In this document: piece by piece, positions 39,046 through 49,716 of the stretch
How positions within the stretch are numbered: the first letter of the stretch is position 1
How the letters are laid out: each line of letters starts with the position of its first letter
Assembly: GCF_988242995.1 (NCBI RefSeq)
Contig: NZ_OZ547043.1
DNA length: 64,000 nucleotides
Reading direction: 5' to 3' (one strand)
Made by a program: the position numbers and the translations under genes
Notes under the pieces: generated by a model
Told to the model about the DNA's origin: nothing
Seen by the model: the letters and a program-made list of their open reading frames with translations, nothing else
Database searches by the model: none

Positions 39046-42000
39046 ATGGGTAAAGGCAGCAGTAAGGGGCATACCCCGCGCGAAGCGAAGGACAACCTGA
39101 AGTCCACGCAGCTGCTGAGTGTGATCGATGCCATCAGCGAAGGGCCGGTTGAAGGTCCGGTGGATGGATTAAAAAGCGTGCTGCTGAACAGTACGCCGGT
39201 GCTGGACAGTGAGGGGAATACCAATATATCCGGCGTCACGGTGGTGTTCCGGGCCGGTGAGCAGGAGCAGACTCCGCCGGAGGGATTTGAATCCTCCGGT
39301 TCCGAGACGGTGCTGGGTACGGAAGTGAAATATGACACGCCGATCACCCGCACCATCACGTCGGCAAACATCGACCGTCTGCGCTTTACCTTCGGTGTGC
39401 AGGCACTGGTGGAAACCACCTCAAAGGGGGACAGGAATCCATCGGAAGTCCGCCTGCTGGTTCAGATACAACGTAACGGTGGCTGGGTGACGGAAAAAGA
39501 CATCACCATTAAGGGTAAAACCACCTCGCAGTATCTGGCCTCAGTGGTGGTGGATAACCTGCCGCCGCGCCCGTTTAATATCCGGATGCGCAGGATGACG
39601 CCGGACAGCACCACAGACCAGCTGCAGAACAAAACGCTCTGGTCGTCATACACCGAAATCATCGATGTGAAACAGTGCTACCCGAACACGGCACTGGTCG
39701 GCGTGCAGGTGGACTCGGAGCAGTTCGGCAGCCAGCAGGTGAGCCGTAATTATCATCTGCGCGGGCGTATTCTGCAGGTGCCGTCGAACTATAACCCGCA
39801 GACGCGGCAATACAGCGGTATCTGGGACGGGACGTTTAAACCGGCATACAGCAACAACATGGCCTGGTGTCTGTGGGATATGCTGACCCATCCGCGCTAC
39901 GGCATGGGGAAGCGTCTCGGTGCGGCGGATGTGGACAAATGGGCGCTGTATGTCATCGGCCAGAATTGCGACCAGTCGGTGCCGGATGGCTTTGGTGGCA
40001 CGGAGCCTCGCATCACCTGTAATGCCTGGCTGACCACGCAGCGCAAGGCGTGGGATGTGCTCAGTGATTTCTGCTCGGCGATGCGCTGTATGCCGGTATG
40101 GAACGGGCAGACGCTGACGTTCGTGCAGGACCGGCCATCGGATAAGGTGTGGACCTATAACCGCAGTAATGTGGTGATGCCGGATGATGGCGCGCCGTTC
40201 CGCTACAGCTTCAGCGCCCTGAAGGACCGTCATAATGCCGTTGAGGTGAACTGGATTGACCCGAATAACGGCTGGGAGACGGCGACAGAGCTTGTGGAGG
40301 ACACGCAGGCCATTGCCCGTTACGGTCGTAACGTCACGAAGATGGATGCCTTTGGCTGTACCAGCCGGGGGCAGGCACACCGCGCCGGGCTGTGGCTGAT
40401 TAAAACAGAACTGCTGGAAACGCAGACCGTGGATTTCAGCGTCGGCGCAGAAGGGCTTCGCCATGTACCGGGTGATGTTATTGAAATCTGCGATGATGAC
40501 TATGCGGGGATCAGCATTGGCGGGCGCGTGCTGGCGGTGAACAGCCAGACCCGGACGCTGACGCTCGACCGTGAAATCACGCTGCCATCCTCCGGTACCA
40601 CGCTGATAAGCCTGGTTGACGGGCAGGGGAGTCCGGTCAGCGTGGAGGTTCAGTCCGTCACCGACGGCGTGAAGGTGAAAGTGAGTCGGGTTCCTGACGG
40701 CGTTGCCGGATACAGCGTGTGGGGGCTGAAGCTGCCGACGCTGCGCCAGCGCCTGTTCCGCTGTGTGAGTATCCGTGAGAACGATGACGGCACGTATGCC
40801 ATCACTGCCGTGCAGCATGTACCGGAAAAAGAAGCCATCGTGGATAACGGGGCGCACTTTGACGGCGACCAGAGCGGCACGGTGAATGGTGTCACGCCGC
40901 CAGCGGTGCAGCACCTGACCGCCGAAGTCACCGCAGACAGCGGGGAATACCAGGTGCTGGCGCGCTGGGATACGCCGAAGGTGGTGAAGGGCGTGAGCTT
41001 TATGCTTCGCCTGACCGTGGCAGCGGATGACGGCAGTGAGCGGCTGGTCAGCACGGCCCGGACGACGGAAACCACATACCGCTTCAGGCAGCTGGCTCTG
41101 GGAAATTACAGTCTGACAGTCCGGGCGGTAAATGCGTGGGGGCAGCAGGGCGATCCGGCGTCGGTATCGTTCCGGATTGCCGCACCGGCAGCGCCATCGC
41201 GGATTGAGCTGACGCCGGGCTATTTTCAGATAACCGCCACGCCGCATCTTGCGGTTTATGATCCGACGGTACAGTTTGAGTTCTGGTTCTCGGAAAATCG
41301 GATTGCGGATATCAGGCAGGTTGAAACCAGCGCGCGTTATCTTGGCACGGCGCTGTACTGGATAGCCGCCAGTATCAATATCAAACCGGGCCATGATTAT
41401 TATTTTTACGTTCGCAGTGTGAACACCGTCGGCAAATCGACATTCGTGGAGGCTGTCGGTCGGGCGAGCGATGATGCGGAAGGTTACCTGGATTTTTTCA
41501 AAGGCAAGATAACCGAATCTCATCTCGGCAAGGAGTTGCTGGAAAAAGTCGACCTGACGGAGGATAACGCCAGCAGACTGGATGAGTTTTCGAAAGAGTG
41601 GAAGGATGCCAACGATAAATGGAATGCCATGTGGGCTGTCAAAATTGAGCAGACCAAAGACGGCAAACATTATGTCGCGGGTATTGGCCTCAGCATGGAG
41701 GATACAGAGGAAGGCAAACTGAGTCAGTTTCTGGTTGCCGCCAATCGTATCGCGTTTATTGACCCGGCAAACGGGAATGAAACGCCGATGTTTGTGGCGC
41801 AGGGCAATCAGATATTCATGAACGAAGTGTTCCTGAAATATCTGACGGCTCCCACCATTACCAGCGGCGGTAATCCTCCGGCATTTTCCCTGACACCGGA
41901 CGGGCGGCTGACGGCGAAAAATGCCGATATCAGCGGTAACGTGAATGCGAACTCCGGGACGCTCAACAACGTCACGATTAACGAGAACTGCCGGGTTCTG

Positions 42001-42441
42001 GGAAAACTGTCCGCGAACCAGATTGAAGGCGATCTCGTTAAAACAGTGGGCAAAGCTTTCCCCCGTGACTCCCGGGCACCGGAGCGGTGGCCATCAGGGA
42101 CCATTACCGTCAGGGTTTATGACGATCAGCCGTTTGACCGGCAAATTGTTATTCCGGCGGTGGCATTCAGTGGCGCTAAGCATGAGAGAGAGCATACTGA
42201 TATTTACTCCTCATGCCGTCTGATAGTGCGGAAAAACGGTGCTGAAATTTATAACCGTACCGCGCTGGATAATACGCTGATTTACAGTGGCGTTATTGAT
42301 ATGCCTGCCGGTCACGGTCACATGACACTGGAGTTTTCGGTGTCAGCATGGCTGGTAAATGGCTGGTATCCCACAGCAAGTATCAGCGATTTGCTGGTTG
42401 TTGTGATGAAGAAAGCCACTGCAGGCATCACGATTAGCTGA
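39046..42441 (+). CDS. J: Central tail fibre / host specificity protein J
   Basis: 1131-aa [40 protein letters not shown]... matches lambda J. Confidence 0.95.
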   Translation: MGKGSSKGHTPREAKDNLKSTQLLSVIDAISEGPVEGPVDGLKSVLLNSTPVLDSEGNTNISGVTVVFRAGEQEQTPPEGFESSGSETVLGTEVKYDTPITRTITSANIDRLRFTFGVQALVETTSKGDRNPSEVRLLVQIQRNGGWVTEKDITIKGKTTSQYLASVVVDNLPPRPFNIRMRRMTPDSTTDQLQNKTLWSSYTEIIDVKQCYPNTALVGVQVDSEQFGSQQVSRNYHLRGRILQVPSNYNPQTRQYSGIWDGTFKPAYSNNMAWCLWDMLTHPRYGMGKRLGAADVDKWALYVIGQNCDQSVPDGFGGTEPRITCNAWLTTQRKAWDVLSDFCSAMRCMPVWNGQTLTFVQDRPSDKVWTYNRSNVVMPDDGAPFRYSFSALKDRHNAVEVNWIDPNNGWETATELVEDTQAIARYGRNVTKMDAFGCTSRGQAHRAGLWLIKTELLETQTVDFSVGAEGLRHVPGDVIEICDDDYAGISIGGRVLAVNSQTRTLTLDREITLPSSGTTLISLVDGQGSPVSVEVQSVTDGVKVKVSRVPDGVAGYSVWGLKLPTLRQRLFRCVSIRENDDGTYAITAVQHVPEKEAIVDNGAHFDGDQSGTVNGVTPPAVQHLTAEVTADSGEYQVLARWDTPKVVKGVSFMLRLTVAADDGSERLVSTARTTETTYRFRQLALGNYSLTVRAVNAWGQQGDPASVSFRIAAPAAPSRIELTPGYFQITATPHLAVYDPTVQFEFWFSENRIADIRQVETSARYLGTALYWIAASINIKPGHDYYFYVRSVNTVGKSTFVEAVGRASDDAEGYLDFFKGKITESHLGKELLEKVDLTEDNASRLDEFSKEWKDANDKWNAMWAVKIEQTKDGKHYVAGIGLSMEDTEEGKLSQFLVAANRIAFIDPANGNETPMFVAQGNQIFMNEVFLKYLTAPTITSGGNPPAFSLTPDGRLTAKNADISGNVNANSGTLNNVTINENCRVLGKLSANQIEGDLVKTVGKAFPRDSRAPERWPSGTITVRVYDDQPFDRQIVIPAVAFSGAKHEREHTDIYSSCRLIVRKNGAEIYNRTALDNTLIYSGVIDMPAGHGHMTLEFSVSAWLVNGWYPTASISDLLVVVMKKATAGITIS

Positions 42442-42508
42442 ATTTTATAACCCAGATACGGGCACCAGAAATGGTGCCTTTTTTATTGCAGAAAAGCGAG
42501 AGGTAATT

Positions 42509-43108
42509 ATGCGTAAATTATGTGCTGTTATTCTGTCCGCAGTAGTCTGGCTGGTTGCCGCTGGTACGCCAGCGAGCGCAGCAGAGCATCAGTCCACACT
42601 AAGCGCCGGGTATCTTCAGACCCATACTGATATGCCAGGCAGTGATGACCTGAAGGGCATTAACGTGAAATACCGTTATGAATTTACGGACATGCTGGGG
42701 CTGGTGACGTCATTCAGTTATGCCAATGCCAAAGATGAGCAAAGAACGCATTACAGCGATACCCGCTGGCATGAAGATTCAGTGCGTAACCGCTGGTTCA
42801 GCATGATGGCGGGGCCATCTGTACGCGTGAATGAATGGTTCAGTGCTTATGCGATGGCAGGTGTGGCTTACAGCCGTGTTTCGACGTTCTCCGGGGATTA
42901 TCTCCGCGTAACTGACAACAAGGGGAAAACGCACGATGTGCTGACCGGAAGTGATGACGATCGCCACAGCAACACGTCTCTGGCGTGGGGAGCTGGCGTG
43001 CAGTTTAACCCGACCGAATCCGTGGCCATTGATATTGCTTATGAAGGCTCCGGCAGTGGCGACTGGCGCACTGACGGTTTCATCGTGGGTGTCGGTTATA
43101 AGTTCTGA
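42509..43108 (+). CDS. lom: Lom-family outer membrane protein (Ail/Lom)
   Basis: 199-aa ORF with signal peptide; near-identical to lambda Lom from memory. Confidence 0.9.
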   Translation: MRKLCAVILSAVVWLVAAGTPASAAEHQSTLSAGYLQTHTDMPGSDDLKGINVKYRYEFTDMLGLVTSFSYANAKDEQRTHYSDTRWHEDSVRNRWFSMMAGPSVRVNEWFSAYAMAGVAYSRVSTFSGDYLRVTDNKGKTHDVLTGSDDDRHSNTSLAWGAGVQFNPTESVAIDIAYEGSGSGDWRTDGFIVGVGYKF

Positions 43109-43166
43109 TTAGCCAGGTAACACAGTGTTATGACAGCCCGCCGGTTCAGGCGGGCTTTTTTGTGGA

Positions 43167-45530
43167 GTGGATATGGCAGCAGTAAAAATCTCAGGTGTGC
43201 TGAAAGATGGTGCGGGAAAACCAATACAGAACTGCACTATTCAACTGAAGGCAAAGCGTAACAGCACCACGGTACTGGTGAACACGGTGGCCTCTGAAAA
43301 TCCGGATGAAGCCGGGCGTTACAGCATGGATGTTGAGTATGGTCAGTACAGCGTCACCCTGCTGGTTGAAGGTTTTCCGCCTTCACATGCCGGGACCATT
43401 ACCGTCTATGAAGGTTCCAGACCAGGTACGCTGAATGATTTTCTCGGTGCCATGACGGAAGATGATGTCATGCCGGAGGCATTGCGTCGTTTTGAGGCAA
43501 TGGTGGAAGAAGCGGCACGCAACGCCGAAGCCGCCTCTCAGAGCGCAGCAGCGGCAAAGAAATCCGAAACTGCAGCGGCATCATCGAAGAACGCGGCGAA
43601 AACCTCAGAAACAAATGCAGCTAACAGCGCACAGGCGGCAGCGTCCTCGCAGACTGCATCGGCAAACTCCGCGACAGCAGCCAAAAAATCAGAAACCAAC
43701 GCGAAAAATAGCGAGACAGCCGCAAAGACGAGCGAAACCAACGCAAAGTCCAGCCAGACGGCAGCGAAAACAAGCGAAACGAATGCCAAAGCCAGTGAAA
43801 CTGCGGCAAAAAACAGCCAGGTTGCAGCAGCCCAAAGCGAGAGCGCGGCAGCCGGTTCTGCGACTTCAGCAGCTGGATCAGCAACTGCTGCGGCTAACAG
43901 CCAGAAAGCTGCGAAGACGAGTGAAACTAACGCAAAGTCCAGCCAGACGGCAGCGAAGACCAGCGAAACGAATGCCAAAGCCAGCGAAACTGCGGCGAAA
44001 AACAGTCAGGATGCAGCAGCCCAAAGCGAGAGTGCTGCAGCTGGTTCTGCCACTGCATCAGCCAACAGTCAAAAAGCAGCAAAAACCAGTGAAACCAATG
44101 CAAAGACAAGCGAGACTGCAGCGGCGAACTCGGCGAAAGCATCCGCTGCAAGCCAGACCGCTGCAAAAGCAAGTGAAGACGCAGCCAGAGAGTATGCAAG
44201 CCAGGCAGCAGATCCGTATAAATATGTCTTACAGCCGCTGCCTGATGTGTGGATACCGTTTAACGATTCACTGGATATGATTACGGGCTTTTCGCCATCA
44301 TATAAAAAGATTGTTATTGGTGACGACGAAATAACGATGCCTGGCGACAAGATTGTTAAGTTTAAACGTGCATCGAAAGCAACCTATATTAACAAATCTG
44401 GTGTGTTGACAGAGGCTGCCATTGATGAGCCACGATTTGAACGTGATGGCCTGCTTATTGAGGGGCAAAGAACTAATCTTCTGCTTAATTCAACAAATCC
44501 ATCTAAATGGAATAAGTCAGGCAATCTGGAACTCACAGAAATATCCACGGATTCTTTTAATTTTACTTATGGGAGATTTACTGTAAAAGATACTCTTATT
44601 GGTCAGACAAGTGCTATTAATATCGTAACGATTTCTGGCAGTAAAGGGTTTGATGTCACAGGTGATGAAAAATATGTGACCATTTCATGCCGTGTAAGAA
44701 GTGATGTTGAAAATATAAGGTGTCGTTTAAGATTTGAACACCATGATGGTTATACTTACACTTTTTTGGGAGATGCTTACCTCAATTTATCAACACTTGT
44801 AATTGATAAAACTGGTACTGCTGCAGACCGTATTATTGCAAAGGCTGTAAAAGATGAGGTTACTGGTTGGATTTTCTATCAGGCTACAATTAATGCACTA
44901 GATACAGAGAGCATGATTGGTGCGATGGTTCAATACGCTCCTGTAAAAGGTTCAGGTACAGCATCTGGAGACTATCTGGATATCGCAACTCCACAAGTGG
45001 AAGGTGGATCAAGTGCTTCGTCATTTATTGTAACTGATATAACTGCAAGCACTCGCGCAAGCGATATGGTGACAGTCCCAATCAAGAATAACCTTTATAA
45101 TCTTCCTTTTACGGTTCTTTGTGAGGTACATAAGAACTGGTATAAAACGCCAAATGCAGCACCGCGTGTTTTTGATACCGGCGGTCATCAAACCGGAGCG
45201 GCTATTATTCTTGGCTTCGGTCGTTCAACAGATTACGACGGATTTCCTTATTGTGATATAGGTTTGGCTAACAGACGGGTAAACGAAAACGCATCGCTTG
45301 AAAAAATGGTTATGGGGATGCGTGTAAAGTCAGATCAGTCTACGTGCTCAGTAAGTAACGGGCGTATATCCAGCGAAAAGAAAGCCACATGGTCCTATAT
45401 TCAGAACTCCGCAATTATCCGTATTGGAGGCCAGACTACAGCCGGGTTGCGTCATTTATTTGGTCATGTCAGGAATTTCAGAATATGGCACAAGGCATTG
45501 ACTGATGCTCAGATGGGGGAGTCAATCTAA
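43167..45530 (+). CDS. stf: Side tail fibre protein (Stf-like) with Ala/Ser/Thr-rich repeats and distinct C-terminal domain
   Basis: N-terminus MAAVKISGVLKDGAGKPIQNCTIQLKAKRNSTT... as lambda Stf; C-terminal third is visibly AT-rich and ends with a motif I read as LamG-like (RNFRIWHKALTDAQ). Confidence 0.85.
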   Translation: MDMAAVKISGVLKDGAGKPIQNCTIQLKAKRNSTTVLVNTVASENPDEAGRYSMDVEYGQYSVTLLVEGFPPSHAGTITVYEGSRPGTLNDFLGAMTEDDVMPEALRRFEAMVEEAARNAEAASQSAAAAKKSETAAASSKNAAKTSETNAANSAQAAASSQTASANSATAAKKSETNAKNSETAAKTSETNAKSSQTAAKTSETNAKASETAAKNSQVAAAQSESAAAGSATSAAGSATAAANSQKAAKTSETNAKSSQTAAKTSETNAKASETAAKNSQDAAAQSESAAAGSATASANSQKAAKTSETNAKTSETAAANSAKASAASQTAAKASEDAAREYASQAADPYKYVLQPLPDVWIPFNDSLDMITGFSPSYKKIVIGDDEITMPGDKIVKFKRASKATYINKSGVLTEAAIDEPRFERDGLLIEGQRTNLLLNSTNPSKWNKSGNLELTEISTDSFNFTYGRFTVKDTLIGQTSAINIVTISGSKGFDVTGDEKYVTISCRVRSDVENIRCRLRFEHHDGYTYTFLGDAYLNLSTLVIDKTGTAADRIIAKAVKDEVTGWIFYQATINALDTESMIGAMVQYAPVKGSGTASGDYLDIATPQVEGGSSASSFIVTDITASTRASDMVTVPIKNNLYNLPFTVLCEVHKNWYKTPNAAPRVFDTGGHQTGAAIILGFGRSTDYDGFPYCDIGLANRRVNENASLEKMVMGMRVKSDQSTCSVSNGRISSEKKATWSYIQNSAIIRIGGQTTAGLRHLFGHVRNFRIWHKALTDAQMGESI
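43722..44100 (+). repeat. Imperfect tandem duplication (about 189-bp unit, 2 copies) inside stf
   Basis: Units beginning near 43722 and 43911 encode KTSETNAKSSQTAAKTSETNAKASETAAKNSQ.AAAQSESAAAGSAT; boundaries approximate. Confidence 0.7.
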
Positions 45531-45811
45531 TGAAAGATTTAACACTCAAATTTGCAGACAGGGCCGACTTTTCGGCCTTTATGGATAGCATTGGCTATTA
45601 TGATGACGAGTCGATGCAGGATGATATTCTTATTGACGTGATAGGTAACGTGTACAAAGAAACCGGAGAACTGACTGAAGATGGCGAACCGGTATGTGTT
45701 AAGGAAGACGGATATTTTGTAAACGTGCGCATCATTAATGATGCAAAAAAATCGTCAATATTCGATGAATACGCGGTTGTAGTTGAACATCAACTTCGTG
45801 GCTGGATGTGA
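45530..45811 (+). CDS. Hypothetical protein (93 aa) downstream of stf
   Basis: ORF with start overlapping stf stop; acidic. Confidence 0.45.
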   Translation: MKDLTLKFADRADFSAFMDSIGYYDDESMQDDILIDVIGNVYKETGELTEDGEPVCVKEDGYFVNVRIINDAKKSSIFDEYAVVVEHQLRGWM

Positions 45812-45820
45812 GGGAGACAA

Positions 45821-46525
45821 ATGGCTACATCGACAGTAATTCCAGGAGACATCACCACGTTAAAGGGAGATGTCAGTAAAGCCAAGGAAGATATTTCCTC
45901 AATTAACGGAAAAGTATCAACGCTTCAGGCTGATATGACCAGTGCAAAGCAGGATATCAGCACCAGATACACAAAAACTGAAGTTGATAATAAGCTGAAA
46001 AACAAACTGGAAGTGAACGCTCTGGAAAGCGGTCGTTATGGTGGAGATTTTTACCCGTTGACTGGCCGTGAAGCGTTTTATTTGTGGGGATTGGGCACGA
46101 CTACAGCGGCGGCAAACCTTTATCTTAATCCTGACCCCGCAATTTCGTCTGTGCTGCGGTCAACATCGTCTATCCGCTATAAACATTCAGTAGAGACAAT
46201 AGATTCAGAGCACGCCGAACTCATTTTCAGGATGCGCCCTGTGTGGTACAGGTCACAATGCGAAAATGACAGGCGTGACTGGGGATTCTACGGATTGATT
46301 GCCGAGGAAGTAGGAGAAATTGCCCCTCAGTTTGTACACTGGCGACCAGCTAACGAAGATGATGCACCGGAAGCTATTTCCAGCAATGGCCTTGTTGCCG
46401 AAGGTGTAATGTACGAACGTCTGGTTGTTCCACTGATTCACCATATCCAGAAGCTGACTGAAAGAGTTGATGAACTTGAGTCAGAATTAAAGTTGTTATC
46501 CGTTTCCCGAAGCGATATCGGATAA
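45821..46525 (+). CDS. Tail-fibre-associated protein with coiled-coil N-terminus and possible intramolecular-chaperone-like C-terminus
   Basis: 234-aa ORF; N-terminal heptad-like repeats; C-terminal region SSIRYKHSVETID...WGFYGLIAEEV reminiscent of tail-spike chaperone domains (from memory, unverified). Confidence 0.45.
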   Translation: MATSTVIPGDITTLKGDVSKAKEDISSINGKVSTLQADMTSAKQDISTRYTKTEVDNKLKNKLEVNALESGRYGGDFYPLTGREAFYLWGLGTTTAAANLYLNPDPAISSVLRSTSSIRYKHSVETIDSEHAELIFRMRPVWYRSQCENDRRDWGFYGLIAEEVGEIAPQFVHWRPANEDDAPEAISSNGLVAEGVMYERLVVPLIHHIQKLTERVDELESELKLLSVSRSDIG

Positions 46526-46535
46526 AGGAGGAGTA

Positions 46536-46829
46536 ATGGATATAACACCTTTCCTTCATGCGCTTTGTGCTGTGGCTGCGCAGCTACTGATTGGTCTTTT
46601 TACCGGGAACTGGGCTTACGGGGCGATAGCCGGTTGTACGTTCTTCATTGCGCGTGAACACACCCAGGCAGAATATCGCTGGATCGAAATGTTCGGGCAT
46701 GGCAAGCGAATGAATATGCCGTGGTGGGGCGGTTTTGATCCGCGCGCGTGGGATGTGGCAAGCCTGATGGATTTTGCTGTGCCGGTGGTGGCGTGTCTGC
46801 TGGTCTGGCTGTTGGTTAATCGTGGGTGA
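46536..46829 (+). CDS. Hypothetical membrane protein (97 aa)
   Basis: ORF with AGGAGG SD; two hydrophobic segments. Confidence 0.45.
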   Translation: MDITPFLHALCAVAAQLLIGLFTGNWAYGAIAGCTFFIAREHTQAEYRWIEMFGHGKRMNMPWWGGFDPRAWDVASLMDFAVPVVACLLVWLLVNRG

Positions 46830-46839
46830 AAAAAGGTGA

Positions 46840-46968
46840 GCTGTATATGCAACGGAGGAAGAAACCCCGTTGCTGGAAGCCTGGAAAAAGTATCGGATGC
46901 TGCTGAACCGTGTTGATACATCAACTGCACCTGATATTGAGTGGCCTACGAACCCTGTCAGGGAGTAA
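46840..46968 (+). pseudogene. tfa: Remnant of tail fibre assembly gene tfa (C-terminal about 40 codons only)
   Basis: Translation ...[37 protein letters not shown] matches the conserved C-terminus of lambda Tfa; no upstream ORF in frame. Confidence 0.75.
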
Positions 46969-47180
46969 TCATTGGGATTATGCCGCAGAAACGTTGTATG
47001 CAATAACGTTCTGCGGTTGGCTGATGCACTTTCGAGAGTGCATGTATTGAATTATTTCCAGCTATTATCGATTTTACGTATTTTTTGCATGAGAGAATTT
47101 GTACCTCCTCCCAACAACGACCTTCCATGACTTTCCGGACTTCTGTGGGCCAGCGGACGATGCTGCCCTCGGATGTTGTG

Positions 47181-48038
47181 CTAATTGGGTGATGACAAAT
47201 CCTGTGTATGGGTGTTTCCCTTTGTGCGTGCGTTGATGCTGGTAACGGTGAACGTCATGATGAACACAACCGCGAATAAGACGACAATCGTCGGAGCTGG
47301 TGCACTGTCGATAAAAAAGGACAACCAGACACCAGTCATTGACACTATTACCGATATGCCAATCGCCAGTAGGAGCGCAATATGAAAGCGTTGTGTCAGG
47401 AGTACCGCAATGGCGCCAGGCGCAATGAGCAGAGAAATGGAGAGAATGATACCTACCGCTTTCAGCGTCGCCACAATGGTCAGAGAGACCATGCACAGCA
47501 GCCCATAATGCAGACATCTCGTATGCAAACCGCTTACCTGCGCCTGTTGATAATCAAAGCTGAACAGCAAAAAATCCCGCCATTTTACGCTAATAACAAG
47601 TGTAACCAGCCCGGCAATAATCACCGTCTGGATTATATCGCCGATGGTTACCCCGAGCATGTCGCCGAAAAGAATATGGTCAAGATGTACGTCTGGTTTG
47701 ACTGCAATATACAAGATCAGACCTGCGGCAAACATGCCAGAAAAAACAATCCCCATCACTGTATCTTGCTTGATTCGGCTGTTGTCTTTCAGGTATCCCG
47801 TCGCCACCGCGCAGAATACTCCGGCGACGAATGCCCCTGTAGCCAGAGGTAACCCCAGAATCCAGGCAAGCACGATGCCAGGAAAAACCGCATGACTCAT
47901 CGCGTCACCCATCAGTGCCCAACCTTTCAGGACCAGAAAGACCGACAGCAGCGCACAGGGTATGGAAACTACCAGTGAAATCAGCAGTGCGTGACTCATA
48001 AAGGTGAACTGCAGTGGCTCCAGTAATAATGCCATCAT
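47181..48038 (-). CDS. sitD: Mn/Fe ABC transporter permease SitD
   Basis: 285-aa polytopic membrane ORF, last gene of a four-gene metal ABC operon. Confidence 0.85.
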   Translation of the reverse strand: MMALLLEPLQFTFMSHALLISLVVSIPCALLSVFLVLKGWALMGDAMSHAVFPGIVLAWILGLPLATGAFVAGVFCAVATGYLKDNSRIKQDTVMGIVFSGMFAAGLILYIAVKPDVHLDHILFGDMLGVTIGDIIQTVIIAGLVTLVISVKWRDFLLFSFDYQQAQVSGLHTRCLHYGLLCMVSLTIVATLKAVGIILSISLLIAPGAIAVLLTQRFHIALLLAIGISVIVSMTGVWLSFFIDSAPAPTIVVLFAVVFIMTFTVTSINARTKGNTHTQDLSSPN

Positions 48039-48892
48039 GAGCGATCCTCCAGCGCTTTATGCGCACGCCGACGATTTGCCAAAAGCCCATGGGTGGGCGC
48101 AAATACAAATGCTAAAAGAAACAGCAGTGTCTGCGCCACCACGATGATTCCACCTGTCGCGCCGTCCAGAAAGTAACTGACCCACGCGCCGAGGAAACTG
48201 GTTACACTGCCAATAGTTACAGCAATTATGAGCAGGCGGGGAAAACGATCGGTTAACAACCATGCTGTTGCACCGGGAGTCACCACCAGACAGATCACCA
48301 GAAAGGCACCAACCGTTTGCAGCGCCGCAACGGTCGAAACCGACAGCAGGGTGAAGAAGAGGATTTTTAATCTGCCCGGATGCAATCCAATAGCACGAGC
48401 GTGATTCTCGTCGAAAAAGGTCACCATAAGATCTTTCCATTTGAAAAAAAGCACGATGATCGAGAGAATGCCAATGATAGTGAGTTGCAGGATATCCGCC
48501 GGATCGATTGCCAGAATATTGCCCAGGACGATGGTCTGAATGTTCACGGATGTCGGGTTCAATGACACCATAAACAGCCCCAGGCCAAAAAAGGAGGAGA
48601 AGATCAGGCCGATGATGGCATCTTCTTTTAAGCGAGTGCGTTGGTTAAGAAACAGCATGCTGCCCGCTGCCAGTCCGCCGGAAAAGAAGGCTCCCAGAGA
48701 AAACGGAAGCCCCAGCATATATGCCCCCGCAACACCCGGGACAATAGAGTGCGACAGCGCATCGCCAATCAGCGACCAGCCTTTTAGCATCAGATAGCAT
48801 GACAGGAAAGCGCAGAGACCGCCGACCATCGCCGAGACCCACATCGCATTGAGCATATATTCATAGCTGAAGGGTTCCAGTAGCACGTTCAT
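48035..48892 (-). CDS. sitC: Mn/Fe ABC transporter permease SitC
   Basis: 285-aa membrane ORF paralogous to the downstream permease. Confidence 0.85.
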   Translation of the reverse strand: MNVLLEPFSYEYMLNAMWVSAMVGGLCAFLSCYLMLKGWSLIGDALSHSIVPGVAGAYMLGLPFSLGAFFSGGLAAGSMLFLNQRTRLKEDAIIGLIFSSFFGLGLFMVSLNPTSVNIQTIVLGNILAIDPADILQLTIIGILSIIVLFFKWKDLMVTFFDENHARAIGLHPGRLKILFFTLLSVSTVAALQTVGAFLVICLVVTPGATAWLLTDRFPRLLIIAVTIGSVTSFLGAWVSYFLDGATGGIIVVAQTLLFLLAFVFAPTHGLLANRRRAHKALEDRS

Positions 48893-49716
48893 CTTGCTTC
48901 CCCCTGCACCGCTGACGGTCGATGTGCCACAAAAGGGTGTTCATCGTCAGTAATAATGCTTTCTTCCGAGCCGTTAAGTGTGACATGGCGCAGTACGCCG
49001 CTAAAAGCCAGCTCCAGGTTCTCGGCTGTAAAAGTGGTGTCTGTCGGCCCGCTTGCCAGGACGGTGCCTTTGACCATGACCGTATAATCGCAAAATGTCG
49101 TGACTGAGCCGAGATTGTGCGTTGAGACAAGCATCGTCTTGCCTTCCGCGCGTAACTCCCTCAACAGGCTGATGATTTTCGCTTCGGTTTTCACATCAAC
49201 GCCCGTAAAAGGTTCATCCAGCAGGATCACATCACCCTGCTGTGCAATCGCTCTCGCCAGAAAGACGCGTTTCTTTTGTCCACCGGAAAGCTCGCCGATT
49301 TGTCGATGGCGAAAATCCACCATATCGACACGTTCCAGCGCATCGGTGACAATCTGACGATCCCTCTTTTTGGCTATACGCAACATACCCATGTGCCCAT
49401 AGCGGCCCATCATCACCACATCTTCCACTAGTACAGGAAATGACCAGTCAACCTCTTCTGACTGAGGGACGTAGGCAACCAGGTTTTTCTGTAGCGCCTG
49501 TCGCGTGGGAATACCCAGAACAGATATCTTTCCGCTGGTCAGACGCACAAATCCCATAATCGCTTTAAACAACGTCGATTTTCCGGAACCGTTTACCCCA
49601 ACCAGAGCGGCAATAGATCCACTTGGTACTGTGAAGGATGCATCGCGCAGTGCTGTGTGCCCGTTACGCCAGGTGACAGTAACATCATTAACGACAATGC
49701 CCGCAGATTGCATCAT
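48889..49716 (-). CDS. sitB: Mn/Fe ABC transporter ATP-binding protein SitB
   Basis: Walker [13 protein letters not shown] signature LSGGQKKR, Walker [12 protein letters not shown]. Confidence 0.9.
   Translation of the reverse strand: MMQSAGIVVNDVTVTWRNGHTALRDASFTVPSGSIAALVGVNGSGKSTLFKAIMGFVRLTSGKISVLGIPTRQALQKNLVAYVPQSEEVDWSFPVLVEDVVMMGRYGHMGMLRIAKKRDRQIVTDALERVDMVDFRHRQIGELSGGQKKRVFLARAIAQQGDVILLDEPFTGVDVKTEAKIISLLRELRAEGKTMLVSTHNLGSVTTFCDYTVMVKGTVLASGPTDTTFTAENLELAFSGVLRHVTLNGSEESIITDDEHPFVAHRPSAVQGEAR

Noticed and set aside
39646-41670. 674-aa minus-strand ORF
   Set aside because: Fully antisense to the J tail fibre gene in GC-rich DNA; Arg/His-rich translation; J on the plus strand matches lambda J.
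43462-44280. 272-aa Arg/Gln-rich plus-strand ORF and possible CRISPR-like periodicity
   Set aside because: Alternate frame of the repetitive Ala/Ser/Thr-coding region of stf; the repeats are coding tandem duplications, not a spacer-repeat array; no CRISPR array or cas genes seen anywhere in the window.
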